Under the pieces are notes generated by a model, which worked only from the letters and a program-made list of their open reading frames with translations, did not search any database and was not told where the DNA came from. A stretch of DNA of 64,000 nucleotides from Moniliella sp. 'wahieum'. Taxonomy: Eukaryota. Numbering within the stretch: the first letter of the stretch is position 1; every line of letters begins with the position of its first letter. The position numbers were made by a program, and so were the translations under genes. The DNA is taken from assembly GCA_003971905.1 (NCBI GenBank), contig RSEE01000034.1, positions 434,001-498,000 on the forward strand, written 5' to 3'. Positions 36,389-48,090 of the stretch are shown piece after piece.

Positions 36389-36685
36389 TCCCATGTCACA
36401 CACTACACGTCACGTGGCCGCTGTCACATGATGATCACCAGCGCGTCGCGGAGTGGCACAGGAAATGCGCAATTGAAATCCCGGAACTCGAGTAGGCGTC
36501 TCTGCGCGTCGCGCTCTCGCAAGGCGCTCGTCCGACCAGGTGGATGGCTCGGCGGCCGGACTAGCAGCCGCTCGGGTTGGCGTCCAGGCAGATCAGATCA
36601 GACAGACGCGGTGTGGAGCGCGCCACGAGTCCGGTGTACCACCCGCGTTTCCGTTCACTCACACCCCCACTACCACCATCCCAGC

Positions 36686-38344
36686 ATGCGACGGCGGCCA
36701 AGTGACGACGCGGCTCTGCGCCTGTCTTCATCGTCGCCCGCGCCCCCCCTACCCCTGGCTACCCCTGCAGCTACCGCGTCTGCTCCTTCTCGACCCGCGC
36801 CTGGGAGCGCTAGCACCACCGCCGGCTCCAGCCTAGCGGCCAGTGTCACATTGGCCTCGCTCACGTCGGCCTCAGACACGCCCCACTTGGACCGCACCGG
36901 CCTGCTCACGCCCGACACCTCCCGCTCCGCTTGGTGTCTTGACACGAGCGCCACCTTCACGCGCCCAGTCTTGTCTTTGGCCCTGTTTTCGGAAGCAAGT
37001 CAGCAACTCGTGGAGACGCGTCTTCACCAGCCAAGATCAAACTCTCCCCTACGATCTCCAACGCGTTTGATTCGTACGTCTGTTTCCAACGCGCTGTTCA
37101 CCACTCCTTTCTGACCCCCTTTGCGCGTTGCCAGACCCATTCCCCGCTCATCGACACCGAACGCACTAAAACATCTTTCCACACACGTGTTTCGCCACGT
37201 CCGGCTGGATCGGGCGACCAGACCAGTGAGGGCCAGGAGAAGGAAGGGGCCCCCCTTCCACTTCCAGCTTCGGTGTCGAAAACTCACGCGTCTTCTAACC
37301 CCCCGGACACGCCCAGACTCGTTAGCCCCTCGCTCAAGTCCCTGGCGTCCGGGGTGACGCGTTCTTTGTCCCGTTCTCACTCATCGCCTTTTCCACTGTC
37401 GACACCACGTTATTTTGCCTCTCCGACACAGTTGCCATTCCCCCCTTCGCGGAACCTGACGCCTTGTGCCTTTCCCAGTATCGATACGCTGTTAGCGCAT
37501 CAGGACGCCCAGCAAGAGTGCACAACAGCCAAAAGCACTGAGAAGGCCGAACCACCCTCATCTCACTCCACTGCACCACACTTGCCTCAGGGTCAACCGC
37601 CAACTAACAAGCCTTCCTCTATGTCCAACCGGGTGAGGAAGGTGGACGTGGATGCTTGTGCAGCTCTGCGAACCACTGTGCTTCAAGGTCGCCATCGGAC
37701 GGGAAATCCGGCTCGCACCATCCACTCGCGAAGGAATATGGCACGCGTTCTATCGGCCCCAGTTCCGTCCTGCCTCCCTAGCAGGTATGTGTATCCTTCT
37801 GTCCCAAGAGCGACTACCGGTGCGCTGGACCGCACGATGGCCTTGCAGACGTGCTTGGCGCAAGAAGCGCCGTCGTGGGTCGATGCCGAGCTCGACGCTC
37901 GGGTTAAGGCTGCGGCCCACCATCAGCTGGCGCGGGTGCCATGTGGCTTCCTTCGTGTGCTCGGCAGCTCGCCCCTAGGCGGCGCGGTGATTGGCTCCAA
38001 CCCAACCATCACAGAAGGAGTTCGTGGTCCTTTGGCATCCAAGCACCGCCGGAAGACGGGAAGAGGCGATGGGCGGCACGACCTTGGGCATGGCCGACGC
38101 AGCAAACTACCCAAGTGACGCGTACCGCCTCTCGTCTACCCCGGCTCTGGCTCCCACGCTGGCGCAAGGCTTAGTGCGTCGCGCCAGCAGCGGAGGCGGG
38201 TGTTGTCCCGCTCGGTTGAGCACCCAGTTATTATGGAGGACCGGGACCGAGACCGCGATGCTGCGGTGGCCTTGCTCGGCCTCGGTCTGGGGCGTGCGTG
38301 AGCAAAAGTCGAATATGCAAAGTGGCCGTTCCTGCTGTGCGTAG
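36686..38344 (+). CDS. Ser/Pro-rich hypothetical protein with one intron; frame and end uncertain
   Basis: Consecutive ORFs 36686-37114 and 37135-38118 plus an overlapping frame to 38344; CTGAC branch point and CAG acceptor at 37134. Confidence 0.45.
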
Positions 38345-38506
38345 CCCAAGATCCTGTCCGGGCACGGTGGGTGGGTTGGTAGCGCTCGTAGCACACGCGA
38401 ATAGAACCGCGCACTGCAGATCAGCTTGGATGCGCAGGGGGGCAGGAGGCTCGGGCTTGGTGCGGGGTAAATACCAACGCGTCTGGCGGGAGGCGACGGT
38501 GATTGA

Positions 38507-38530
38507 TGATCGATGATCGATGATCGATGA
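38507..38530. repeat. (TGA TCGA)x3 TGA array
   Basis: Read directly; upstream of CCR4. Confidence 0.92.
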
Positions 38531-39153
38531 TCTTGTGTGGTACAGGGATGGTGGATGCGGACGGGGGGGTGACGTCATGGAGACGAACGCAGTACGCGTG
38601 GCAGCGCCTTGCAACTTTGAAGAACGCGCGGCTTGCGTAACCATGCGGCGGGATGATGCAATGGATGATGCAGGCGGGGGGCAGCTGCTGGCGGGTGCGT
38701 GCGGCAGAAGGGCGCGCTGGCTGACGCGCTGACGGGGGGCAGCGGTGGCCCTGGCCTGGCCAGCCGCCACAGCGACCAAGTCCAGCGCAGCGACATGGGC
38801 TCCGTTGGTATTGATCACCGAGCATTCAACCCAGCTGCCCCCCCCACCACCTCCTCCCAGACCCCACCCCACGTGGCTAGGCCCTAGTCCCCCGTCCCCC
38901 GTCCCGCCCCCGTGTCCCGCCCCCCCGTCCTTTGCCCTTCGTCTCGCGCCACTGCCCACGCGCTGCGCGCTGGAGTGCGTCCTCGATCTGTTCTGCGTCT
39001 GCTGGCGAATGATGTCTGCGCAGCGCTGCCCCAACACATCTTCTGCCCGTCCTCTTCGCCTGTGCTGATTGCGTAGATCCCTGCTGCTTGCCCTCGCCTG
39101 GCTCCCACGCCGCACTACGCCGCAGCAGCCCACACTGCCCTGCTGGGCCGCCC

Positions 39154-41487
39154 ATGTACTCGCCCCCTCGGCCAGCCTGCTCTGGCTGCCTATCTCTCCT
39201 ACTTCACCAGCAGCAGCCACTCGCCGCCGCCCACTGCACAGCATGCCCAGGCGCACGCGGCCCCGCGTCCCCCTCCCACTCCCCTCCCACTCTCGCTCCC
39301 AGCCCGCCCTCTACTCCCGCTATGCCCCCGCCATCCCTCCATCCACACCCGGCCCGCTGGCCAGCAGCACGCTCGTTGGCCCAGAGCGGCCACCACCAAC
39401 ACCCTTCCTTGCCATCGCGCGTGGCATCGTCGGGCGATGCGCTTCCCGCCTCCCCTGCCGGCTACCCCGGAGGCCCACACAACTTCCCGCCCATCCATTC
39501 ACCCCGCCTCCTTCACTCCCATGCCCACTCTCCTGCCCACTCTCATGTGGCCAATGGACACAGCCCTCTCGCCTCTGCCGCCATCAACTCCCCGCACTGG
39601 ACGGCTCAGATGAAGGCTGCCAAGGTACGCAGTTTCCCCCCTCGTATTTTGTCGGCATTCTCTGACGTTTTGTTGCCAGATTTCCCGCCAGTCTGGATCG
39701 CCCCATCATCATGCTCGTGCTCTGCAGCGATAGCGGCCCGCAGCACGGCTGGTGCCCTTGGCACCGATTTGGGTCAAGGTCTGCTTCCCGCTAATGGTCT
39801 GAGAGCCCGAAGCGCTCAACCCACCACCCCCACCCCAAACTCGGATGAACACATGAGCTCACCTGCTACGCGAGCCTTTCCAGGCCGAATCCACAAGGAG
39901 GTGGACGAAGATCAGTCTTGGACGCAGCTCGACTTGGGTGGTATGCATCTCCGCGTCCTGGCTCATGAATTGTTCCGTTACGACTTTTTGACCGCTCTCT
40001 TCATCAACCATAACGAGCTCACCTTCGTGACCCCCGAAATTGTTAAACTCAAAACACCTCGAAGTGCTTGACGCTTCCCAGAACCGCCTCACGTTCCTCC
40101 CGCCGGAACTTGGACTACTCCCTGGACTCAAGGAGCTCTACCCTTCGACAACGAAATCACCTTACTCCCCCCGCAGCTGGGTATGCTTTACCAGCTTGAA
40201 ATGCTCGGGATTGAAGGTAACCCCCTTGACCCGGATCAACTTGCCGAAATTCAACAGCATGGCACACTCGCTTTAATTCACTCACTTCGCGATAATGGCG
40301 AAATCCCTCCAGCTCCTGCTGAACGCAAGTGGATCACATTGAACAATGGCGAGAGGGAGACAACCGACGACGGCGCCGCCACCTCTGTCCCTGCTCACCC
40401 TGATGATGCACACGAAACTCTGAGTATCATGGGGTACAATGTCTTGGCAGACAAGCTGGCGACCGAGGCCATTGGCTATATACACCCTCATGGGCGTTGA
40501 CTTGGGACTACGGTAAGCATATGATCCTCTCCGAAATCCAGCAACAGGGTGCAGATATGGTGTGCCTGCAAGAGGTGGGCTGCAACAGTACGACGAGTTT
40601 TTCGCCCGCTCCTGCACACGCATGGATATACCGGCATTTACTATGCCAAGTCGCGGGTTAAGACGATGCGGGAAGAGGAGAAACGGAGGGTGGATGGCTG
40701 TGCTGTGTTCTACAAGCGTGCCAAATCCATCTGGTGGACAAGTACGTGATCGAATATGGTCAAGCCTGCCTCCAGCGCGAAACGACTTCCGCTCAAGCGA
40801 AGAGATTCAACCGCGTCATGCCGCGCGATCAAGTGGGTGTGATCTGTTGCTTTGAGTATCGCGAGTCGGGCGCCAAGTTGATTGTGGCCAACACGCACTT
40901 GCATTGGGACCCGGCCTACTCGGACGTGAAATTGGTCCAAGCGGCCATGCTGCTGGACGAGCTGCAGCATGCTGCAGATGCATTTTGTAAGCGCCAAGTC
41001 GACGTTTCCCTCCCCTCGGGGGCGGTTGTGCCCACCTACCCCGATGGGAACTCGGTCCCCACCTTCCTGTGCGGCGACTTGAATTCCGAGCCGAGCAGTG
41101 GTGTGTTTGAATACCTCTCTACCGGTCATCTTTCGGGACAACACGAGGACTTTTTGGGAAAGACCTATGGCGACATTACCCAGCATGGCCTCCACCATCA
41201 CCTTCACCTCAAGCAGCTATGGCGAGATTGGAGAGCTGCCGTTTACCAACTTTACCCCTGGCTACGTGGGTGTGCTCGAGTACCTCTTTTATTCCGATAA
41301 TACAGTGGAACCCAAGGCCTTGCTAGGCCCCGTGGACGAAGCGTATGCGTCCAAATGCGTTGGCTTCCCCAATGCTCACTTCCCCTCTGATCATATCCCA
41401 CTGGTGGCCAAGTACTCCATTTCCCTCCCAAAGGGAACTAAGGCCATTCGCCACGACAAGTCACGAGCTGCGGCGCCACAGTCTTGA
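39154..41487 (+). CDS. CCR4: CCR4-NOT deadenylase subunit Ccr4 (LRR + EEP domain)
   Basis: WTQLDLGG LRR region, YNVL, VCLQE, DGCAVFYK, ANTHLHWDP, CGDLNS, FTNFTP and FPSDHIPL motifs; intron 39625-39679. Confidence 0.93.
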
Positions 41488-43193
41488 GCCTTGCGCCTTG
41501 CGCCTTGAGCCTAGCGCCTCACCCTTCCCCCCCATTCGTGCTGCTGTATAATCTCTTGTGCACCCCTCCTCCGTCGGCCGCTCGGCCATCCCGCTTTGGC
41601 TGTTGTGTATTACTTCTATGACCCCACCACTATGGTAGTGTCGACGACCTCTACTCTATCTCTGCTTCTTCCAATCTTTACAGCGTTTGCCATCTACTCA
41701 TGCCCTTACGTTGGGTATGTAGTCGCGCCGGACGTGGCTGTTGTTTTGTAGTACTGTATTTGCTTTGGTCGTTCTTTTGTGTAGAATAGTAAAGACCAAG
41801 ACCCTCTTTTTTCATCGATAACCAGGTACGTCAAGGGACCTCATACTGTTCTTAGGAGGCGACCCCGCCTTTTCCTACCCGTGGGTCGGACGCAAGGTAT
41901 GCTAGAGGGTTTGATGCATGAAGATGGAACCGGGGATTCCTATAGCGTGACTATGTAAGTAACCGCAACCGCAACATTATTACTGAGTACTGACCCCGGA
42001 GCTCCTTGGACCCACCCCTTCAAGCTGCAACGGGCCTGTTCCGACCTACGCCCAGCGGCGCTCCTTCTCCGACAGGAAGAAGGAGGCAGGTCTCCTATCC
42101 ATTTGCCAGCAGAGGATCTCTACGCTTCTTCTAGCCACCTCTACGCTCGCTCCGCTCTTCCGCGATAGGTTATGAAGTAAACCGTGTGAATATAAGCCTC
42201 TATGCAACGCCTCTCGTGTCGTCTCTTACCACCGCGGGATTTAGCTGTGTGTTTTTCTCGCTACATCCGAGATTCCTATTATATTACTACCAGTGCTGCT
42301 GCGGGCGTCATCCGCGTCATCGACCGTGAGTCGGAGCTGTGAGTGTATTACCGGTTTTAAAGCCGACTGATTGCACCCTTTCTCGCCATCCTTCCGGAGG
42401 GGGAGACACGAAAAGAACCGGAGGCTGTCCACAGTCTTTCTTAATACACAGAAGAGCTGTTGTTCATTCTCGCGAGTTTGAACCAAGAGGGGAAGCTGAT
42501 CGATGATCATTGATTGACCATATTGACTGACCTTGCGGGTGGTGAATGTGCTGACCCCAAAGGGGATCCGATGGCGTTTTCTTATTTACGCACCAGTGTG
42601 GCGTTGCTCCAAACAGCATCATGCACATCATGGTCGAGCAACGATGAACACACTTCAGCTTCAGGCTGCTCACCTTCAGCCTGTAGGCCGCAGCAGGGGA
42701 GCGAGGCTTGTTTGGCGTTCGTGCCTGGTCGCGTGCTGCTTGAGAGAAGTTGCCGAGGGAAGAACGACAGGGGAGTGCGACATGTGATGGCATGTCAGGT
42801 ATCCTTCCCACTGCAACTGTGTGGGGGCTGTGTGCGGCTGCTCCGGTGAGGTCCTGGGGGTGCTTCGGCTGCTTCGGCATCCTTCGCCCACGTCCGACCG
42901 CAGTGACTGGTGACTGCAACCTGGGAAGACTGGGCGTCGTGAGCGCGTGAGCGCACTGACTCGGCCGCGTACTGAGCCAGTGAGGCCTTCGATTTCAAAG
43001 GAGGCGCGGCACGGGGCCAGTGCAGCGACCACGTGGTCAGTGCGCACCGCTCCGCGCCGCCCAAGCACGCGGTCCGCCGTCTGTGTCCATCCAGCCGCAC
43101 TCAGTGGCCCAGTCACCGCAGTCGCCCTTCCAGTCACCCGCGTCCCTGCCCCCCGCCCGATAAAAAGCACGCCCCGCTCCTTCTTTCTGCCCA

Positions 43194-44989
43194 ATGCCCC
43201 CATCCGCCCTTCTCGGCCCCTCCCTCCGCCGCTCCTTCGTCCGCTCCGTCGCCACCATGTCTGCTCCCTCGACGGTATCGTCCTTGGTGTCTCCCCGGAC
43301 GGCAACTTCCCCGCTGCCGCCGCTGCCCACGCCGACGCTGTGGCCCAGGCCAAGACTGCCTGGGCCCCCAGCCGCGCCGATGCAACCAAGTTTGGCCAGG
43401 TGCGCGTCACCTACCCGGACGCTGAACTTGCCGTGGCCAGCGTCAGCCTTGGTGCCTCCCAGCCGGCGCCGACGACCGGACCCGATGCCCTCCCCGCGGT
43501 GCCCATCTACCTTCGCAACGAGCGCCTGGAGCGCACCCGCCGGGCTGTAGCCAAGGGCGCCAAGGCCCTTCGCGACATTGGCCCTCCGCCCAGCGCGGCC
43601 AAGCCCGAGGCGGAGGGTGACAAGCCTGCTGCCCCGGTCCCCCGCACCTTTGCCATTGACACGATGGACTCGGCCCACGCGGCTGCTGTCGGAGCCAATC
43701 TGAGCCTGTTCAAGTTCAACAACTACAAGACGCTGGGGGCCAGGGCAAGGGTACTTTTGGTCTGCCTGCTTCGCAGCAGGCTGGCCGTGAGTTTAGCTTT
43801 GTTCCTCTGCCGGGTGCCAAGACGGTGGATGAGGGGGATGAGCTTAAGGACCTCATTGCGGCCCACAGCATCCCCCAGCTGAGCTGGAAAACGGGTGAGG
43901 TGTACTCGCAGGCTCAGAACTGGGCCCGTGAGCTCAAGGAAACCCCGGCCAAGTACGTTTGCCATGTTTTAATGTGTGTGCGACTGCTGACTTTTGATCT
44001 GCTAGTGAGTTGAACCCTACCATTTTCGCCAAGAAGATTGTCGACGCGTTCAAGGGTCTGCCCAACACTCAGGTCAATGTCTACGACGAGGACTGGGCCC
44101 GTGAGAAGGGGATGAACGTGTTCCTCTCGGTCACCCAGGGCACAGCACAGCCTGCCAAGTTTGTCGAGATCATCTACAATGGCGCCACTGCGTCGGATGC
44201 GCCCAAGCTTGGCTTTGTCGGCAAGGGTGTCTGCTTTGACTCTGGTGGAATCTCGATCAAGGGAGGTGCCGGGATGAAGTTGATGCGGGCTGACATGGGT
44301 GGTGCCGCGGCGGTGGTGAGCACGGTCAAGGCAATTGCTGAGCTGCAGCTCCCCATCAACGTGGTCGCTGCCACGCCTTTGGTCGAGAACCTTCCCGGTG
44401 GCAAGGCTACCAAGCCTGGTGACATCTTCAAGGCCATGAATGGTCTTACTGTCGAGGTGGACAACACTGACGCCGAGGGGCGCCTGATCCTCTCGGACGC
44501 TCTGACCTACGTCAGCCGGGAGCACAAGCCGCACACGCTGTTTGACGTTGCGACCCTGACTGGGGCCATCCTGCACGCGCTGGGCACCCATTACACGGGT
44601 ACCTTTACGGAATCGGACTCGCTTTGGCAAGAGCTCAAGGCGGCTGGGAGGGGAGGCGGAGAGCGACCTGTTTTGGCGGATGCCCCTCGACGACCAGTAC
44701 TTCCACAGCATTGACTCGTCCAATGCCGACCTGTGCAACACGGGCAGGCCCGCTGGCTCGGCCACCGCCGCCATTTTCCTCAAGCAGTTTGTTGATGGCC
44801 TCGAGGACCGCTCCAAACTCGAAAAGGGCGAGGGTCACACCTACGGTTCGCTGGGCCCACTTGGACATTGCCGGCGCGATGGAATGCACCTGGGGCAACG
44901 ACTACCAAGCCAAGGGCGCAATGACTGGCCGCCCCACTCGCGCTCTTATTGAGTTTGCCCGCCGCTTTGCGGTTCTCCACCACAAGTAG
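43194..44989 (+). CDS. Leucine aminopeptidase (M17 family)
   Basis: [40 protein letters not shown] and WAHLDIAG motifs; intron at about 43953-44004. Confidence 0.94.
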
Positions 44990-45985
44990 GCCGGTGGCAT
45001 GGTAATCCATGTGTGAAATCTAGACCGAGATGATGAGACCTGGAGTCTCGAAGCTTCAAGTCCCTCGGTAGTGAATAGGCAGTCGCGCCCGGGATAGATG
45101 GTGATGATGATGGATTTGACGCAACCAACGATGACGTCTGCAACTGGGAGTTCAACCAACTACTTTGCCGCTGGCACTGTAACTGCGGAAAAACTAAAAC
45201 AGAAAGGGTTACTCTTCAGGCTTGAGTGAGGCCTGAGGCGGCCTGAGGAGGAACTGCATTATTGGCCGAACGGACCTTACTAGTTACTGTGTGTCCCTGA
45301 AGCCATAGTGCACGGCGGATATACGTTAGCCGGTCACCGGGCTCACTGGCGGTCAGGCTCAGGCCAGGCGGCGTGGACGATGCTAAAGGTTACACACAGT
45401 GTGCCGTCTATTAGGATCTGGTCACAAACTCTTTGTCACAGACTAAATACCCCGATTAGGTTCTTGTATGTAAACGGTGCACTGGTGGTGGGGGTTTTAG
45501 ATTTGCAGCAACACTACGAGCTGTAGTAGCCATCAGCTCCCCGGGAACCAGTAACTGCAAAGGCCACAAGTCGGCGAAGCGCACCTGCATCAGGCTACAG
45601 TACTATGTGAAGGTGATCCGCATCCTGAGGATCAAAACGGAAGTGGTCACAGGATCCCCAGAGTTCAAAAGAAACCGTCCGAATGATGTATGAGTCTCCA
45701 CTGCCACAACAAACAGAGGGGAAATCGCATTTTTGGCGCCCCCTGCTTCTCTCTCCGGCGACTCTCTGTAAGATTCAAGACAAGCAGACGAAAAGGCGAG
45801 CGACCGGGGGCCGAAACGGAGGCCAGATTCAGTGTATCCACATTGGCACTGGAAGCCGCCCCGGTAGGCGGGCGTGCTTTCCAAAGTATTCACAACGGAG
45901 GAGTCAGAAGATGTATGGTATAGGGGCGCACCCGTCCTCTGGCCATCGCCCGCTGATGGTACAGGAGGAGAATGAAGGTGAACAC

Positions 45986-46738
45986 CTAGGGCCAGCGGGG
46001 CGGAGGCGGCTTGCTCATCGCGCTGTGGGGTTTTGTTGCAGAAGGTAAACAGGTTACCGTAGAGACCCCACCCCTGGAACCCGCGCTGGCCATGCGGATT
46101 GGTTGAGGCCTATGATATGTTCGGGGCGGCGCTGAGGGAGCGGATGCGCTGGAAGTAGCGCGAGATCGATTGCGAGATTGCGTGCGCGAATGTGGCGCCG
46201 AGTGAGTGTGCAACTCGGTGAGAGCGACAGAGATTGGGTCGGAAGGTTGCTTGCTACCGGTACGGCTTGGACCTACCAATTGAGGATGGGTTCGAGGTTG
46301 ACTTATGGTGTATGGGTTGGCCGAGATGCGAGAATGCCTTCTAATAGCCCGTGCGCTGCCAGGGCCAAAAGTGGGACGAAGAGGGGGGCGTTTGGCGCGG
46401 GAATCGGTATGGGAGCTCCCCAATACAGGAGTGGCCGGGCCTTGTTCATCTGGAGAATTGAGAGAGAGAATGGTGGTCCGAGGCGCGGATAGAGGCGGCA
46501 AGGCAATTGGTCCCAGCGGTGGTGGCGACGACGGTGACGGCGTCGCGGCAGATGAACAACAGGTGAACTGGGTGACGGGCATGCCGAGCTGGTCTGGACC
46601 GCCAGGGCCGAGCGCAACGTGGCTCAGACTGGCAAAGAGCGTGTCGCGCAGGTCCTGGATCGCATGGCCCCGTTCGCCCGCATGGAGCAAGTGCAGGGAG
46701 CCAATGAGGCTGTCGACATCGTTCATGCAAGTTGCCAT
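45986..46738 (-). CDS. Hypothetical protein
   Basis: About 250-aa ORF with a helical-looking N-terminus (DVDSLIGSL..IQDLRDTLFASL) followed by a Ser/Pro/Arg-rich tail; no family recognised. Confidence 0.5.
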   Translation of the reverse strand: MATCMNDVDSLIGSLHLLHAGERGHAIQDLRDTLFASLSHVALGPGGPDQLGMPVTQFTCCSSAATPSPSSPPPLGPIALPPLSAPRTTILSLNSPDEQGPATPVLGSSHTDSRAKRPPLRPTFGPGSARAIRRHSRISANPYTISQPRTHPQLVGPSRTGSKQPSDPISVALTELHTHSAPHSRTQSRNRSRATSSASAPSAPPRTYHRPQPIRMASAGSRGGVSTVTCLPSATKPHSAMSKPPPPRWP

Positions 46739-47102
46739 ACTCAAGCGGTGGTAGCGGTCCGGGATGGGATGGGGTGGGATGGGGTAGGGGGGGGTAGTGT
46801 GGTGGTGGTGGTGGTGCTGGTACCGATGCAGATGCAGGTGGATGCTAGCAACACAGCTGCGTGTGGGAAGCGGGCCAGAAGGGAAGAGTATTAGACGCTG
46901 GGCGCCAGAGTGTTATATTGATGGACCGCGTCGCATATCACAGTGTCACAGGCCGTCACCCGGGGTCTCGCCCGGCCCCGCACTTTTCCTGCCCCCACAC
47001 TGCTCCCCTGCCGCAGGCTGTGCCTGTTCCAGGTGGGCCGCCCACAACGCGGGGTTAGACCATTTCAATCGTGCCTCGGCTACCCTCCAGCCGCACCACT
47101 AC

Positions 47103-47210
47103 CAAAAGGGGCAGCCTTGCCTGGCCACAAAAGGGGCAGTCCTGCCTGGCCACAAAAGGGGCAGTCCTGCCTGGCCACAAAAAGGGCAGCCCTGCCTGGC
47201 CCCAAAAGGG
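47103..47210. repeat. 25-bp minisatellite, about 4.3 copies (CAAAAGGGGCAGTCCTGCCTGGCCA)
   Basis: Head-to-tail units start at 47103, 47128, 47153, 47178 and 47203. Confidence 0.95.
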
Positions 47211-48090
47211 CCGCAGGAAAAGCTCCAGCGCATCTTGCCCCCTTCGACCAGGAACTCACATGTGCTTCGGGACGTTATGCTTCGGGACGTTATCGCGTTA
47301 TGCATTGTGGCATCCCCTCTCCTCCTCCTCCTCAGATTCAGATCTCACCTGTCACAACTGACCCTGGTCTCCTAACTTTGGCGCTGTCATGCTTCCAGCC
47401 CCCACATCCCTCCGTCTTCAATCGTTAATGATTAATCAGTTCCCTTTTCTCGCTTCCTGTTTCTGGTTTGTTTCTTCTTAGATCGTTGGATCTCCTGTCG
47501 GATAGAGGGGAGGTGGTGTCTATAAGCAATAGGACGGGATGTGTTAGCCAAGATCAACGGTGGCAATGCGTCGCAGGCGGAGTGGTCGGGGTCTAGACTC
47601 GAGGACATGTGGGATAAGGCCGATGGGTTACTGAGTACTCAGACTGAGTATTGAGTAAAAGAGGTCTATCGCACCGGCGAGACCAGCCAGAGAAGCAATA
47701 CAGGCACAGTGGTGGATCCCAAAAGAATGGATTGCATGGCACAGGTAGAACAAACAAGAACGGCAAAAGAGGAGACAGAGGGTGAAATAGGCCAAAGTGG
47801 GCCAATCGATGATATTTCCAACACATTTGCCACCCCAGTGCCACCCCGCGTCATCGATCATCGATCGCCGATCACCGATCGATCATCCCACGTAGGTTCC
47901 GTACGCGGACGGGCCCCAAGTCACCACAAAATCAACCTGACTTCACGTGCACCACAAGGAACCAAGAGGAGTCCCTAGTCCACCCTGTCCATAATCAGGG
48001 GCTTTGCCTGAGCGCGCTCAAGCTCGAAACAAGCACACATCAAGCTTCAAGCTCCTGAGGACCACGACACATTCCGCGCTCAGTACTCAG

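Noticed and set aside
47103..47210. CRISPR-like array
   Set aside because: Units are directly adjacent with no unique spacers, no cas genes are present and the context is eukaryotic
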